Shown here piece by piece: positions 25,790 to 37,985 of a DNA stretch of 64,000 nt. Position 1 is the stretch's first letter; each line of letters starts with the position of its first letter. The notes beneath the pieces were generated by a model. That model was not told where the DNA came from and did not search any database. It saw only the letters and a program-made list of their open reading frames with translations. This stretch comes from Camelus dromedarius. Its lineage: Eukaryota. The stretch covers positions 13,394,001 through 13,458,000 of the forward strand of contig NC_087437.1 in the NCBI RefSeq assembly GCF_036321535.1. Direction: 5' to 3'. The translations under genes and the position numbers were made by a program.

Positions 25790-26370
25790 CAATATAGAGT
25801 AGTGGTCAGAGACGCAGACACTGAGGTCAGAGAGTATGCAGTTCAAATCCTGGTTTTTCCATTTCTTTCTCTTTTTTTTTTCCTTAACTGAAGTTTAGTC
25901 AGTTTACAATGTGTCAGTTTCTGGTGTACAGCATCATGTTTCAGTCATACATAGACATATGTATATTCATTTTCATATTCTTTTTCATTATAGGCTACTA
26001 TAAGATATTGAATAGAGTTCCCTGTGCTATATGGTATAAACTTGTGGTTTATCTACTAATATATAGTAGTTAGTATCTGCAAATCTCCAACTCCCAATTT
26101 ATCCTTCCCCACCCTCTTCTCCCTTCTGGTAGTCATAAGTTTGTTTTCTATGTCTGTGAGTCTGTTTTGTAAATAAGTTAATTTGTCTTTTTAAAAAAAT
26201 TTTTAGATTCCACATGTAAGTGATATCATATGGTATTTTTCTTTTTCTTTCTGACTTACTTCACTTAGAATTCTTAGCTGTGTGACCCTGAGTGAGTTAC
26301 TCATGTTGCCTAAGCCTCTGTTTCCTTATCCTTACGATGGAGATGATAACGGCACTGAGCTCGGGGTGTT
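25790..26370 (+). mobile_element. MIR split by an L1 insertion (halves about 25790-25867 and 26271-26370)
   Basis: GTTCAAATCCTGG...CCATTTCT before the L1 and TAGCTGTGTGACCCTGAGTGAGTTACT after it. Confidence 0.75.
25868..26271 (-). mobile_element. Lineage-specific L1 3' end
   Basis: Poly-T, GAAGTTTAGTCAGTTTACAATG...TTAGATTCCACAT...GACTTACTTCACTTAGAAT. Confidence 0.9.
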
Positions 26371-26630
26371 GGGGGGGGCATACTATCACAATGTGTAGCA
26401 AATCATGTATTTCTCAAAAAGTAATAAGATAGTTAAGATAAGAGTTAATTTTGATATAATTTTTTTCTTTGACCTACTATTAATCCGTGTGGGGTCCTAG
26501 TAGCTCCAATAAATCTTCATAGACATTTGAACACTTTCAAAAACACTCTGAATAGATTATGAGTGTGTTTCAAATCAGCCCATAGAGATGCTGACCCCAG
26601 AACTGTGCGCATGTTTAGTTGAAATCTCCT

Positions 26631-26634
<4 letters not shown>

Positions 26635-26665
<31 letters not shown>
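26635..26665. repeat. (AC)15 microsatellite
   Basis: Read directly from the sequence. Confidence 0.95.
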
Positions 26666-26667
<2 letters not shown>

Positions 26668-26829
26668 TTGGCCTTTGTTTAGAGGAAGGTCTTACGGGAA
26701 GAGCATGCAAAGTGTTATGGCTTCTAATATGGAGCCAAAAGAGTATTTTCTCTCTGAAGACCGCATTTACTACCTACAGAATTAGTGTAAGCACCTGCAC
26801 TTCGTCCAAAACACACTGTTGGTTTTAAT

Positions 26830-27215
26830 TCATTTCGTTAATACATGCTTATTTAAAGTAAATTGGGAAAATACCAGTAAATAGGAGGATGAAGAAAGGA
26901 CACTCAAAATCTCAATTCCCACCCACAAATATTGTTAGTATTGTGGTGGTTTTTTATGACTTTAGGTATTTTTTTGTTGTTAGTTATGATCATACTATGC
27001 AGATAATTATATATCCTCCCATATATATACATATATAATATGTGTATATGATTATAAAGTTTTTTACAAACATCATTTTAATGGCTGTGTAACCTCACAC
27101 TGAATGGGTGTGAGGTTGATTATCTAACAGACTCGCTAAAGTAAACATTTATGCTTCCCCAGTTCTTTGCTGGCATGCACACTGCTGCCGTGAACACCTT
27201 TGTACACACTGATTT
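26830..27215 (-). mobile_element. Old L1ME-type fragment
   Basis: CATCATTTTAATGGCTG...CTGCTGCCGTGAACACCTTTGTACAC. Confidence 0.55.
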
Positions 27216-29229
27216 TGTGTTGTATATGTCAGTGGTCATCCATGATCTGCGTGTGCCAAACTGTGAAAGCTGTTAGAGTTGGAGCTTGGTTGATGGAACC
27301 ACTGTCAGTTTCTCACCCTGCATTTCCTGATGTTCTTAGAGTCCTCGGGCTCAGGATCAGAGTGCAAAGTTGGTCTCTGATGTTTCTGTGCTTTTTTAAA
27401 GGCTGGAAAGTCAGGAAAGTGCAAAAAGGTTCAGAAAAGAGAGAGGGTACTCATCCTACTCGGATAAGTTGTGCTGATAACTATCTTCTTGGAATTAAAA
27501 CTCCAGACCCCTGTGACCCCTCAGAAACTCCTAGTGATTATCTGAGGATCCTGTGGCTCCTTTGGAGAAATGCTTTTGTCCTTGACATTATCCCCCCAGC
27601 ATTCCCTAATCTGTTCCAGAAAACCCGTCATGTCAGCCTTTAAAGAAGTAAAAATTTCAGGTTTTTCAGTGAAAGTCTTCCTTTAGCCTCTCTTGAGTTG
27701 GATAATTAAGTCATTTAGTTTAGTTTATATTAAAGCTCGCCTTTCCTATCTTTTTTTTTCCCTCCTCTACATCATTGTAGTCAATATAATTCATTACTGT
27801 TCTTAAACTCTGCCATGCCCTACTTGTGATCCACATTCTGGGATTTGGGGAGTTTAATACCAGAAAAATACCCTTGTTTCCTAGGACTGATATTCATCTG
27901 ATAGACATGGGACCAGCATACCAATTGCTGAAATGCTGAAATGCATTGGTACTAATTAATGAATACTTTCTGCCACTAGGTCCCCTTAAAGGGCCCCCAT
28001 TCACCCCTAACTTCCTCCCACTCCCGCCATACCCTGGCAGCCCCAGCCCCTCCTGTGAAATTTCTCGACCATCCACCTCCTCAACTCTGCTGTAACTGTG
28101 GCAGTGTCCGTGCTGGTTGGTTTCTGTCTATGTCTTAAGACAGACAGGTAGCTGTGCATGTGTGTGCGTGCGTGCGTGTGTGTGAATACCACCCTTTGCT
28201 TTTTTCAAATTGGGATCTGAGTCTGTAACTATAGATTCCTTGGAAAGTGTGCAGCTAACCTTGGTGGATCACTTGATTTCTCCCACGGCTTCTTGCTCTT
28301 ACCCAATTCTTTAGCGGAAGTCTTTCCTCAGATTGATGGTGGGATGATGAGGCCAATTGACGTCTCCACTATTTTTCGGAGAGCCTGAAACTGATCTTGC
28401 CTTTTGCTGTTTCTCTCATGTTGCATGCCAAGTTGTTGAAGTCACATAGAGCAGAAAGGAGGAGGGACGTGAGTGTGTGCATCTTTGTCACTCGGGGGGC
28501 TTTCTGAGAGTCAAGAGACTGAACACTTGGCCAGAAGGGCAACTGAGTGCTTGCGCTGGCTCTGCCATTCTGTCATTTTTGCCCCCGGTGCATCACGTGC
28601 AAGAGGATGAGGCTAGATTGGGTTGTATTGTAGCCCTCCACCCCCACCCCAGGCACAATGACATCAGCCCAAAACCTCTTCCAAGCCATTTCCACAGGCT
28701 TCTCCCTTTCTGCAGGCAGCATTTGGCCTGATTGAGTTCTGCTTCTGGGAGAGGGGAACATTTAACGGTTAGTATTCATGACCCACAGTTAGGTGTTGCG
28801 TTTGCTTCTGTCCAAATACTAGTGTGTGGGACTCATTTTGTAGTTTGCTGGTTGATGGCTCACACTGATTCTGTTTTTGCTTCCCCTACATTACTGTTCA
28901 TTTTACTGTTTCCTCATCTAGTAAACTTTCCCATGTCTCTACGTCTACTCTTATCAAGACTTAGAATTTTATTAATGACTTAAATACTGGGAAATTTTAT
29001 AAACTTTCTATTTAAAGTAATCATGCCTAAATTGTGTTTAACCAGAAGGACTCGAATATTAATTGTGCCTCGTGTTTGTTTTGACTAGGTGACTGTACCA
29101 GCGCTAATCAGACCAACAGTTTTGACTTAAAATATTAGTGTATTTAACTTTCCCAAGGTGGAGGAGCCATTCTCAGCATGATTATTTTCGGCCTAACTCC
29201 AGACTGGCAAAGTGGAAATACTTATGACT

Positions 29230-29480
29230 CTAAGTTAAGCATCACTCGAGCCAGAAGCCTGTTTTGGTCCTTGCCTCACTTGGTCCCTGTCATTATTACA
29301 TTTATTCCGTCAAAGTCCTGCCAGTTTCACCTCCTAAATATTTCTGGGTTCCATACAGTTCGGGCCCTTCTTATATCTTGCTTAGTCTGCCACTGTAGTC
29401 TTTGACTTCGTCTCCCTGCTATGGAATTGCCCGTCTTAATTCAGCCAGGAGAATCCTTCTCTATGCTTCCAAGCATGCTG
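29230..29480 (+). mobile_element. L2 fragment
   Basis: CAAAGTCCTGCCAGTTTCACCTCCTAAATATTTCT motif. Confidence 0.55.
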
Positions 29481-30694
29481 CTCTCATGAAGGACTGACTT
29501 GTCTGAGTGTGAACTTCAAACCGAGCTTCGCTTTGCTGTGATTGAAAATCACACTTGGCTAAACTATTTCTTCTTACCATCTTTAGTTATCTTTTTTCCT
29601 TCCTCTCTTCAGTTCTGCTAAAAATATTTCCTGGATGTGCCATTGCTTTGCCTTTTTGATGTTTTTCTTCCCAGCTGACCCTTTGTGTGTTATTTTATTA
29701 TAATTTACCTGAACTTCAAAATGTTTTTATTAGAGAAGAGTAGAGTTCAGTACTAATAAGTATAGAAAGAGAATTGAGGCAATAAATCATAAAAAAATGT
29801 ACGATGTAAAAAATAAATTACAAGATGCTAAAATTGGCTAAATGAGCAAGAAAGAACCTAGAATTTAAAAAAAAAAAAAAAAGCATTTTGTTGATTTGCC
29901 AGACATTCTTTGGAAATTGTGAGGAATCTTTTGGCAGTTGTGGGAATTATGGTTAAAACTAAGGCATGCTTTAATTTTACTAAGAGAGGACTTCCTTTGC
30001 TGTTTTATCCTGCTTGATTGAAGGAGTTCACAGAACCCCCGGAGGCACCTGGTGTTCATAAGAGTAGCTCATATACTGGAAAACCTGTCTAACTTGGTGC
30101 TTTGAAATAAATATGACAGCGCAAAAGGTTAGTGTTGTAATTAAATCTGACATCATGCTGGAGTGCTTGCAAAGGTAATAAATGATTCAAAAATCATGAA
30201 ACAGACCTTACACTATGCTTTGTGTTCATTAATTTAAATCAATTTAACAGAGACAACCCGAGAACCTACTCAGTTTAAAACCTTGGGAGAGAGAGAGGAG
30301 GAGGGAGAGCCATGGGAAAAGGGAAACTTTGTCCTTAAGAAGCTTACCGTGCGATGCCTTTGTGAGAGCAGTTTCTATGATTTGGATCCTAAATCTAGTC
30401 ATGTATGTAGAAATGGAAAAGACTACAGAGAAACAAGCCTTCAAGAAAGGGCAGGAAAACATACAGCCATCTTCAGATTCACAAAAGTTTATGGCAAGAG
30501 GTTAAGTTTTTCAGCCACGCCCAGACAGAAGTACCTGTCACAGAATTTATCTGATAACAGAAGGCCCAGGGTGGGGGGTGGATTTTAAAGGTTTCCTTGG
30601 GAGAAAGTGTATTAACATTGATTGGCTTCCTTCTACAAGCCTTTCTACCGATTATCTCGACAAATCCTCCTGGCTACTTAGCAATAGATATTGC

Positions 30695-31205
30695 TGTTTT
30701 TATAAACAATTTAAAATTTAGAATAATTTTAGACATACAAAACCCTTGTAAAGATGGAGCAGAGATTTTTCTGTATACCATCATCCAGTTCCCTCTGCTG
30801 TTCACATCGTCCATTAGTTCTTTTTATTTGTCACTGTTGCATCTCCAATATTGGCACATCATTGTCAGCCACATTCCAGACTTTATTTGGGTGCCACCAG
30901 TCTTCCACTATGTGCTTTTCCTTTCCAGAGTCCAGTCCAGGACCCAGACTGCCTTCTGCCGTCACGCCACCTCATCCCTTCTGGTCTGTGACAGTAACTC
31001 AATCCTCCCTTGTTTTTCATGACCTTAACAGTTTTATAGACAACTGATTAGGGGGAGAAGGGTGTAGCTCAAGTGGTAGACGACATGCTTAGTATGCTCA
31101 AGGTCCTGGGTTCGATCCCCAGTGCCTCCTCTAAAAATAAATAAACCTAATTACCTACCCCCTGCCAAAAAAATAAAGACAGCTGATTAGGTATTTCATA
31201 GGCTA
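30695..31205 (-). mobile_element. L1MC-type 3' end interrupted by a SINE
   Basis: CCAGACTTTATTTGG...TCTGGTCTGTGACAG...TTGTTTTTCATGACCTTAACAGTTTT; resumes GTATTTCATAG. Confidence 0.8.
31053..31176 (+). mobile_element. Camelid Vic-1-type tRNA-derived SINE
   Basis: A box TAGCTCAAGTGG, B box GGTTCGATCCC, tail AAATAAATAAACCTAATTACC; 15-bp TSD AGACAACTGATTAGG (31038-31052) / AGACAGCTGATTAGG (31177-31191). Confidence 0.88.
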
Positions 31206-31639
31206 GCAATTGCTGGTTTAATAGAAATATATCAACTATAACATTTTCATCAAAGATAGAAATTCCAGCTGAGAAAGTTATCACTAATAATGTTTGCTAG
31301 CAACAACATTTAAAACTAAGACTGGACAGTTTTGTAGCAATAACTGGGTGCCTTGAATTCTGAGAATTCTCCTCCTGTGAGTTTTTTTTTTCACTGTTAC
31401 TAAAGGCCAATTCCCAAGAAAAAGAAAAAAAAAAGCCTTAGTTTAAACAGGAATACCCAATCCCATGGCCTTTAAGCCCTTGGGAGGCTCAAAGAGGATG
31501 CTAACTTTCTAAATGAATTCTTAAAGATCACTAATAGTTGATAGTCACTAACTTAACTTAGTGTGTTCTTAAGTTTATTGCAGGTTCTAATTCTGTATTC
31601 TGCTAAAATGCTTGGTTGTCACGCAAAGCTCCATATATC

Positions 31640-32135
31640 CTATAAGATTAGGTTTGGCTGAAAGTACAGAGACGGGAAAAAAAAAATTGGCCTGCAAATA
31701 CAGAGACTTAAAGAATGTAAATATTTAGCCTTTTCTTGCCTAGAAACAATTCAGAGTAGGCAATCCAGAGCTGGAATGGAAGCTACAGAAATTACTCATT
31801 TGGGGACCTCGGCCCCTCTGAGCTCACTGTTCTGTCATCCACATCCTTATGGTCCAGAAGTGCTGACAATACTCTGGTCATCACATCGGCATCCCACGTA
31901 ACAGAACGCAGCAAGAGAAGAGTGTGCTCTCTCTCTCGTAAGAAGACGTACACACACCATGCTGCCTCTTTATAGCTCTTTAACCAAAACTTGGTCACAC
32001 GGACATTCCCAACCACCAAGGAGGCCGAGGTGTATGATTCTTGTTATGGAGGTCATCTGCCTGGCAAAATGAAATATCTCTCACCAGGAGGAAGATGAGA
32101 CTGGAAACTGGGAGATAATAGTGGTCACTGCCACC
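31640..32135 (-). mobile_element. MLT1J-like MaLR LTR
   Basis: GATTAGGTTTGGCTG start, AACTTGGTCACACGGACA...CAAGGAGGC, CTGCCAC end. Confidence 0.75.
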
Positions 32136-32677
32136 CTTGGCGGTGCTGTGCATCCCCTCGTGCACGCATACACACAGATAATCGGATTACTAACAGTTTG
32201 CAGTACGCCAGCAGTGTGCAGTTTGTGGACTTGACATTGTTTTGGACCTATCCTAAATTTCTGCCTGAACGGTATTTTGAACCTGTACTTTTCACAGAAC
32301 TAGATGATGAGAACATATCTGGGTGGTAGTTCAATTCTAAAGAAAATAGATTTGCTGGCTTTGTAATTTGTCTTGGGGATGCAAGACAGCTTCCCTTCTC
32401 CCTGTGTGAATACACCGTTAGAAGAATTAGGGAGCCTTTGTCCAGAGCATGTGCTCTGGGAAAAGCTAGACTCCTCTAAGAAGTAGCAAGCAAGATGGTT
32501 CTGAAGGGCCATGACAGATCTAGAATTGGTTACTCAACACAGTGGTTAGATACGAGGCTAAAGAGTTTAGTGAGCAGCGTCAGACAGTTTTAGGGACCAT
32601 GATGCTACCATAACAGTCAATGAGGTGAAGGACTTAAGCAGAAGCAAGACAGGTTGATTTTTGCAATGAAAAGGTCC

Positions 32678-33091
32678 TTTTCTTTTTTGTTTAGATTCCA
32701 CATATGAGTGATATCATATGGTTTTTTTCTTTCTCTTTCTGGCTTACTTCACTTAGAATGACGATCTCCAGGTCCATCCATGTTGCTGCAAATGACATTA
32801 TTTTATTATTTTTTATGGCTGAGTAGTATTTCATTGTATAAATATACCACAGCTTCTTTATCCAGTCATCTGTCGATGGACATTTAGGTTGTTTCTATGT
32901 CTTGGCTATTGTATATAGTGCTGCTGTGAACATTGGGGGTGCATGTATCTTTTTGAATTATAGTTCCTTCTGGATATATGCCCAGGAGTGGGATTCTGGA
33001 TCATATGGTAAGTAAACCTAGTTTTAGTTTTTTGAGGAAACTCTATGCTGTTTTCTATAATGGCTACACCAAACTACTTTCCCACCAGCAT
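32678..33091 (-). mobile_element. L1 fragment covering the end of ORF2 with no 3' UTR
   Basis: TTAGATTCCACATATGAGTG...GATATATGCCCAGGAGTGGGATT...TTCCCACCAGCA. Confidence 0.9.
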
Positions 33092-34769
33092 AAATTTTAG
33101 CAATGTTGTTTGCTTTTACTACAAAAGGGATGAATAATTATTGCTGAAATTTTGGAAAAACACAGAAAAGCAAATTTTATGAAATAAACCTTCCTAAACT
33201 ATTTTATTCAGCAATGGGCGTTGTTTATTTCAGTGTATGATACTCTGGCTCCTTATCAATGCATAGAGACTGCAAATCTTTGCTGGACAATGTGCTGGAA
33301 TACCTTCCAAAAATCTATTTTTAGACCACAGTCTTTAGTAGAAGAAAAAATGTTCAGTAGCTCCCATCTGGCAGCTGAAGAATCCTTGGGAGCCATGGAT
33401 TACTTATAAGGGTCTTCAAAATCGCAAGCTCATCAAACATTGTCTGTAGATTGAACAAAGTAATATGTCACACACACACGTTCATCCACTGGGGAAACAT
33501 ACAAATATGCTATTCATTGAGATTCATAAATGCAAATTTATTCAAAAGCGCTACCAAATTTAGAGTAGCTTGCCGCCATTAGTTATTTTTTTTCAGTCAA
33601 TGAGTATTTTAAAATGTTCAACTATTTTGCGGAAGGTCCACAGGTGTGCTGATATTCCAAAGGGGTTCTTAACGCTTTTAAAGATGAAAACAAAAATGTG
33701 ATGAGGGGATGAGTGCCTTGCAGAGTCACTGCTGTTTCCACCAAATCATGTCAGTGTGTCCAGAACACCTCCTTTGCCTTTGATTTTCCCGTTTAGCTTG
33801 TTTCATTAAGGGCGAGCAAATTTCTCACATTGTTGGGTGGTCCTTCTTCCATAGTTGGATTCACAAACTTTAACTGGCTTAGCTAGATCCAGAAAATGAA
33901 AGATTTGATCATTGGAGCAAAAAATATTATCTAAATGTACTAGTATTTCTAAAATAAAGAGATGGTGATTTTTACCTTTTTATCCCACAATGATCCCAAG
34001 GGTCCTAAAGCTGAACCTCAAGTTTTACTTCTTACTCGATACTTACTCTTTAAGATTTACTCTCTTGGTAAAATCTCTTATTTAAAGACAGCAAACCAAT
34101 AACTTGAAAAATAAAAGAGGCTTCCTATTTGCCATTCTAAAGGAAAAACTGTTTCACACTTCATTACTTTTCTTTCCCCAAAGTTGAATCTGACTTAAAG
34201 TCATACAGTTGCTGGTGAAAGATCATTTCTTGGATTTTCCATAAGCAGGTTGTGCTAAAAGATACTCTGTCCCAGCCAATTATTTTCTTTTATTTTGTTT
34301 CAGTCTGGTTTGGTTCAGTTCTGTTACCTAGGGTTGGAAACTGGCTTCCAGAGTGAAAGATTGAGCCCTCCTCATCCACTCCAGTAAATTCCAACTTTAA
34401 CTACTTTTTTTTGAGTTTAATAAAATGCTCTCCCCACCCCTACCTTGCTTAGCTCTCTCTTTGTAAATTATTTGAGTTAATATTCCCAAGTATCTCTGTA
34501 CCTGACTGAGTTTGTCATCAGTTTAGTGCCTCTTCCTAATTATTTCTCTCTCCTCTGCCCCATTCATTTTTATCCGGTGTGTGCTGTTAGTTACTTTCAT
34601 CACAGGAGCAGTGGGGGTGGTTTGGGAAAGGATGTACATCTACTGGTGGATGCTCAGTTCTGAAGAGAAGCAGTTTCATCACTTTGCCTTTCAGTAATGA
34701 GGGATGGGGGAAGTGGTCTCCTGGAATACGGAGCTACAATAAGTCATGTGTACCCCAAAATAACTAAAA

Positions 34770-35240
34770 AGATTTGGTTTTGAGTCCTGTCCGCTCCTTC
34801 CTACTCCTCTGCTTGCTAAACGTTCACGGTGGGTGATACAAGGGAATATTCATGTTATTATTATGAATTCCTTTTCACTCTGTCTCTTATATCCTTGGGC
34901 ACATTGTTTCTGCTTTCTGAGCTTTGAGAGTTTTAATCTATAAAATGGAGCTAATGCTATTCCCAGGCTATTTGGGTCATGAAATATCACATGTGCAATA
35001 AAAAGATTAGGAATTATTACTGCATCAAAAATTTTATTAACAAGCTGAAGGCAAAAGCCGTTTGTTTCTTACTGGTTTCTTTATTGTGGAAGGAGCTAAT
35101 GAGTCCAGGTACAGAGTCCCTGTCCTATTCGCTAACTACATGGCCTTAGACTAGTGACTTGACCTCTTTGTGTCTCAGTTTCCCCAAGCATAAAATTGAG
35201 ATAACCATCGTTACCACCTCGTTAGGTTAGGAGAGTGGAA
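34770..35240 (+). mobile_element. MIR fragments (about 34770-35000 and 35100-35240)
   Basis: ATCTATAAAATGGAGCTAAT; GTGACTTGACCTCTTTGTGTCTCAGTTTCCCCAAGCATAAAATTGAGATAA. Confidence 0.65.
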
Positions 35241-35527
35241 AGCAACCACCAGCATAGAGTTCAGTGTGGGGTTGGGAGAACCGCACGTGAGGTGAGGGTG
35301 CTGGATGCGGGCTAGTGATGCTCAACTGTTCAAAAGTTCCACTCGCCTAGCCACCTAGCACTTGGGATTCCAGTTTTAGCCTCAGCATATGGAGATGCTG
35401 CCATGTGAAATCAACCTTAGAGATCGCTCTTGAGTTGTCCGAACAAAGGTCTGCTGTAGTGGTGAGCAATCTCTTTTATACAAATATCAACTCAAAAAAA
35501 AAAAATGTTCAAAGATTGCTTTCACTT

Positions 35528-35915
35528 ATTTTTTAAATTGAAGTACAGTCAGTTACACCGTGTCAATTTGTGGTGTACAGCACAATGTCCCCAGTCATGC
35601 ATATATATACATATATTCATTTTCGTATTCTTTTTCATTAAAGGTTACAAGATATTGACTTATAGTTCCCTGTGCTATACAGAAGAAACTTGTTTGTTTT
35701 TTATCTATTTTCATAGATAGTGGCTAACATTCGCAAATCTCAAACTCCTTAATTTATCCCTTCCCACCCCTTTTCCCCCAGTAACCACAGGATTGTTTAC
35801 TAAGTCTGCGAGTCTGTTTCTGTTTCATAGGTGAGTTCATTAGGGTCCTCTTTTTCTTTTTTTTAGATTCCACTTATGAGTGATATCATATCTTTTTCTT
35901 TCTGGGTCCCTTCAT
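35528..35915 (-). mobile_element. Lineage-specific L1 3' end
   Basis: TTTTAAATTGAAGTACAGTCAGTTACA...TAGTTCCCTGTGCTATACAG...TTAGATTCCAC. Confidence 0.9.
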
Positions 35916-37769
35916 TGTTTTCTAGAAATCATAACTTTAAACAAACGACCATGAAGTATGTAAAAAGAGCTTACACAGTCTTTTACTTCTCTTACGCTAA
36001 GGTGTTCATTTCAGGCAGTGACCGTAGTGCTGTGCCGTTAGATGTGCCCTGTGTGAGATGACAGCCCAGCTGTGTGGAGGGGCTACTGTGGAATTTGTAG
36101 ATGGAGAGGAAAACTTGGCACCCGCGTTGAGCCACAGTACAATGACAATGTGCTTCTCTAAGGTTTTCTCAGCTGGGTGGGGGCGGGTTTGAGACAATGG
36201 GGCAGTGCGATGGGGTAGGGTGGATGCACATGCCTACTAGTGAGTGCTGGCCTGTCCCCAGTCTGTGACACCGACGGGAGAGAGTAACCCAGTGTTCCCA
36301 GTCCCCCGGCGTGGGATGACACAGAGGCAGTGCCCTCAGCCTTGCTTCCTGATTTCCATCTCTCTGGCTATTCTTCCTTCTACTGTGTTATAGGCCCTGT
36401 GAGTCCCGCCTGCCAGTACCCGGCAATGTTCCCATGCCTGCTTCAGTCCCGGGACAATGTCCTCCCCAACCTTCTCACCAGGTCCAACACCTGGGTGTCC
36501 ACGTGGACCAAGTCCTGTCCATTGTCCCTCCTGACTATGTATAGAAGAGCATGTGCTCAAATCCAATTTAAAATGGATTCAGAGTAGTTTTGTATTGGCT
36601 ATTTATTGTGTTGATGCTCCATGACTTGCCTTGAAATAACTAGAAACACCCTGAGGTATCACAGGCAGAAAGGACAAGAATCCTTCTCTCAGTCTTTCCT
36701 AGTGCGTCATGTATGTTTTCTGTGTGCTTTAGTACAACGTCTTCCGCACAGCGTTCTCCCCGATTTCTCTTGCATATAAGCAGATCTCTGTAGGGGTTGA
36801 CAGAGACAGTACAGGTAGAAACTTGCTTGTGTCATTTTCTTAAAACAAAATAGAGTCTTTCAGGCATAGCACGTAAACAAAGCCAGTGATTCTTACAGTC
36901 GGGTCTGCACTGCGATACGGTGACCGACGACTTGCAGCTGACGAGGCGGTGGGGCTGTGCGTCAGGGCCATGCCCTCAGTCCTGGGTCTTTGCCGTGGCT
37001 CCAGGTGCCACACCCCCCTTCCTTCAGCACTCGCTACTGACGGCCAGACACATGCTCTGCCAACTACCCACTGCCTTCCTGGCGCTCCAGAGAGAGAGAC
37101 GGTCAGAAAAGCAGCTGGTGGCGTGGAAACAATTAATTCCCAACTTCTTTCTTTGCCCAGAATAGTCAAAAAAGCTGCGTGAGGAAGCGCCAGAGAGTGT
37201 CATTTCCAAACAATGTATGAACCTGGAGATTTGGTAATGATATTGATCAAAATGAAGTTAATTGGAGTAACGGTTTTTCCCTACGTTGTTGAATATATAT
37301 TTACACATGTATTTGTGTGTATATATACATATATATATATATGAACTCAGATCAACAAACTTTTGTTGATTAATAATTATATACAAAGCATAAAGGAAAA
37401 TTATTTAAATGTTTCTGCATTTAAATTGAAAAATATAATTATATTTTTAAGAATGGAATGACCTAAACTGCTTTAATGGTTGTTTCTTAGGAAAGGCTAA
37501 ACCCTGATTCTAAACTATTTCCCTTCCTATTTTTATGGTGAACATGTCACTTCTTTAATGAGATAATGGTGGTAGCTGGCGCAACAACATGGGGCAACCC
37601 TCTCTCCGTCCTTGGTCTATTTCATTTTCAAATCTTGCATGCCTGTGAACACTGGTCTACAAGCATGGTTTTGGGAGTCTAGGCTTCCCTGCAGGCACTC
37701 CCTGGATGGATGTGTAGAGCGAAAATATTTGCAATTCAGAGCCACAGTATAAAGTAGGAGTTGGGTCAG

Positions 37770-37985
37770 GCGTCAGAGCAGAATAGAAATGACGCTGGTC
37801 TAGGGGTGAGAGAGCATGGATTCTCATTCTAGGTCCATCGGACTGGTCCTCAAGATGAGTTATCCACCTCCTCATCTGCAAAATGGAGGTACCATGTCCC
37901 CTTTCCTCATAGAAATGCTGAACAATCAAAGAAAGTGATGGGCGTGAAGCACTTTGAAAGCTGCAGACTACTCTACAAAAAAAAG
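37770..37985 (+). mobile_element. MIR SINE
   Basis: CCTCATCTGCAAAATGGAGGTA...GTGAAGCACTTTGAAAGCTG. Confidence 0.65.

Noticed and set aside
31053..31176. tRNA gene
   Set aside because: The A-rich tail, TSD and non-tRNA 3' portion indicate a SINE.
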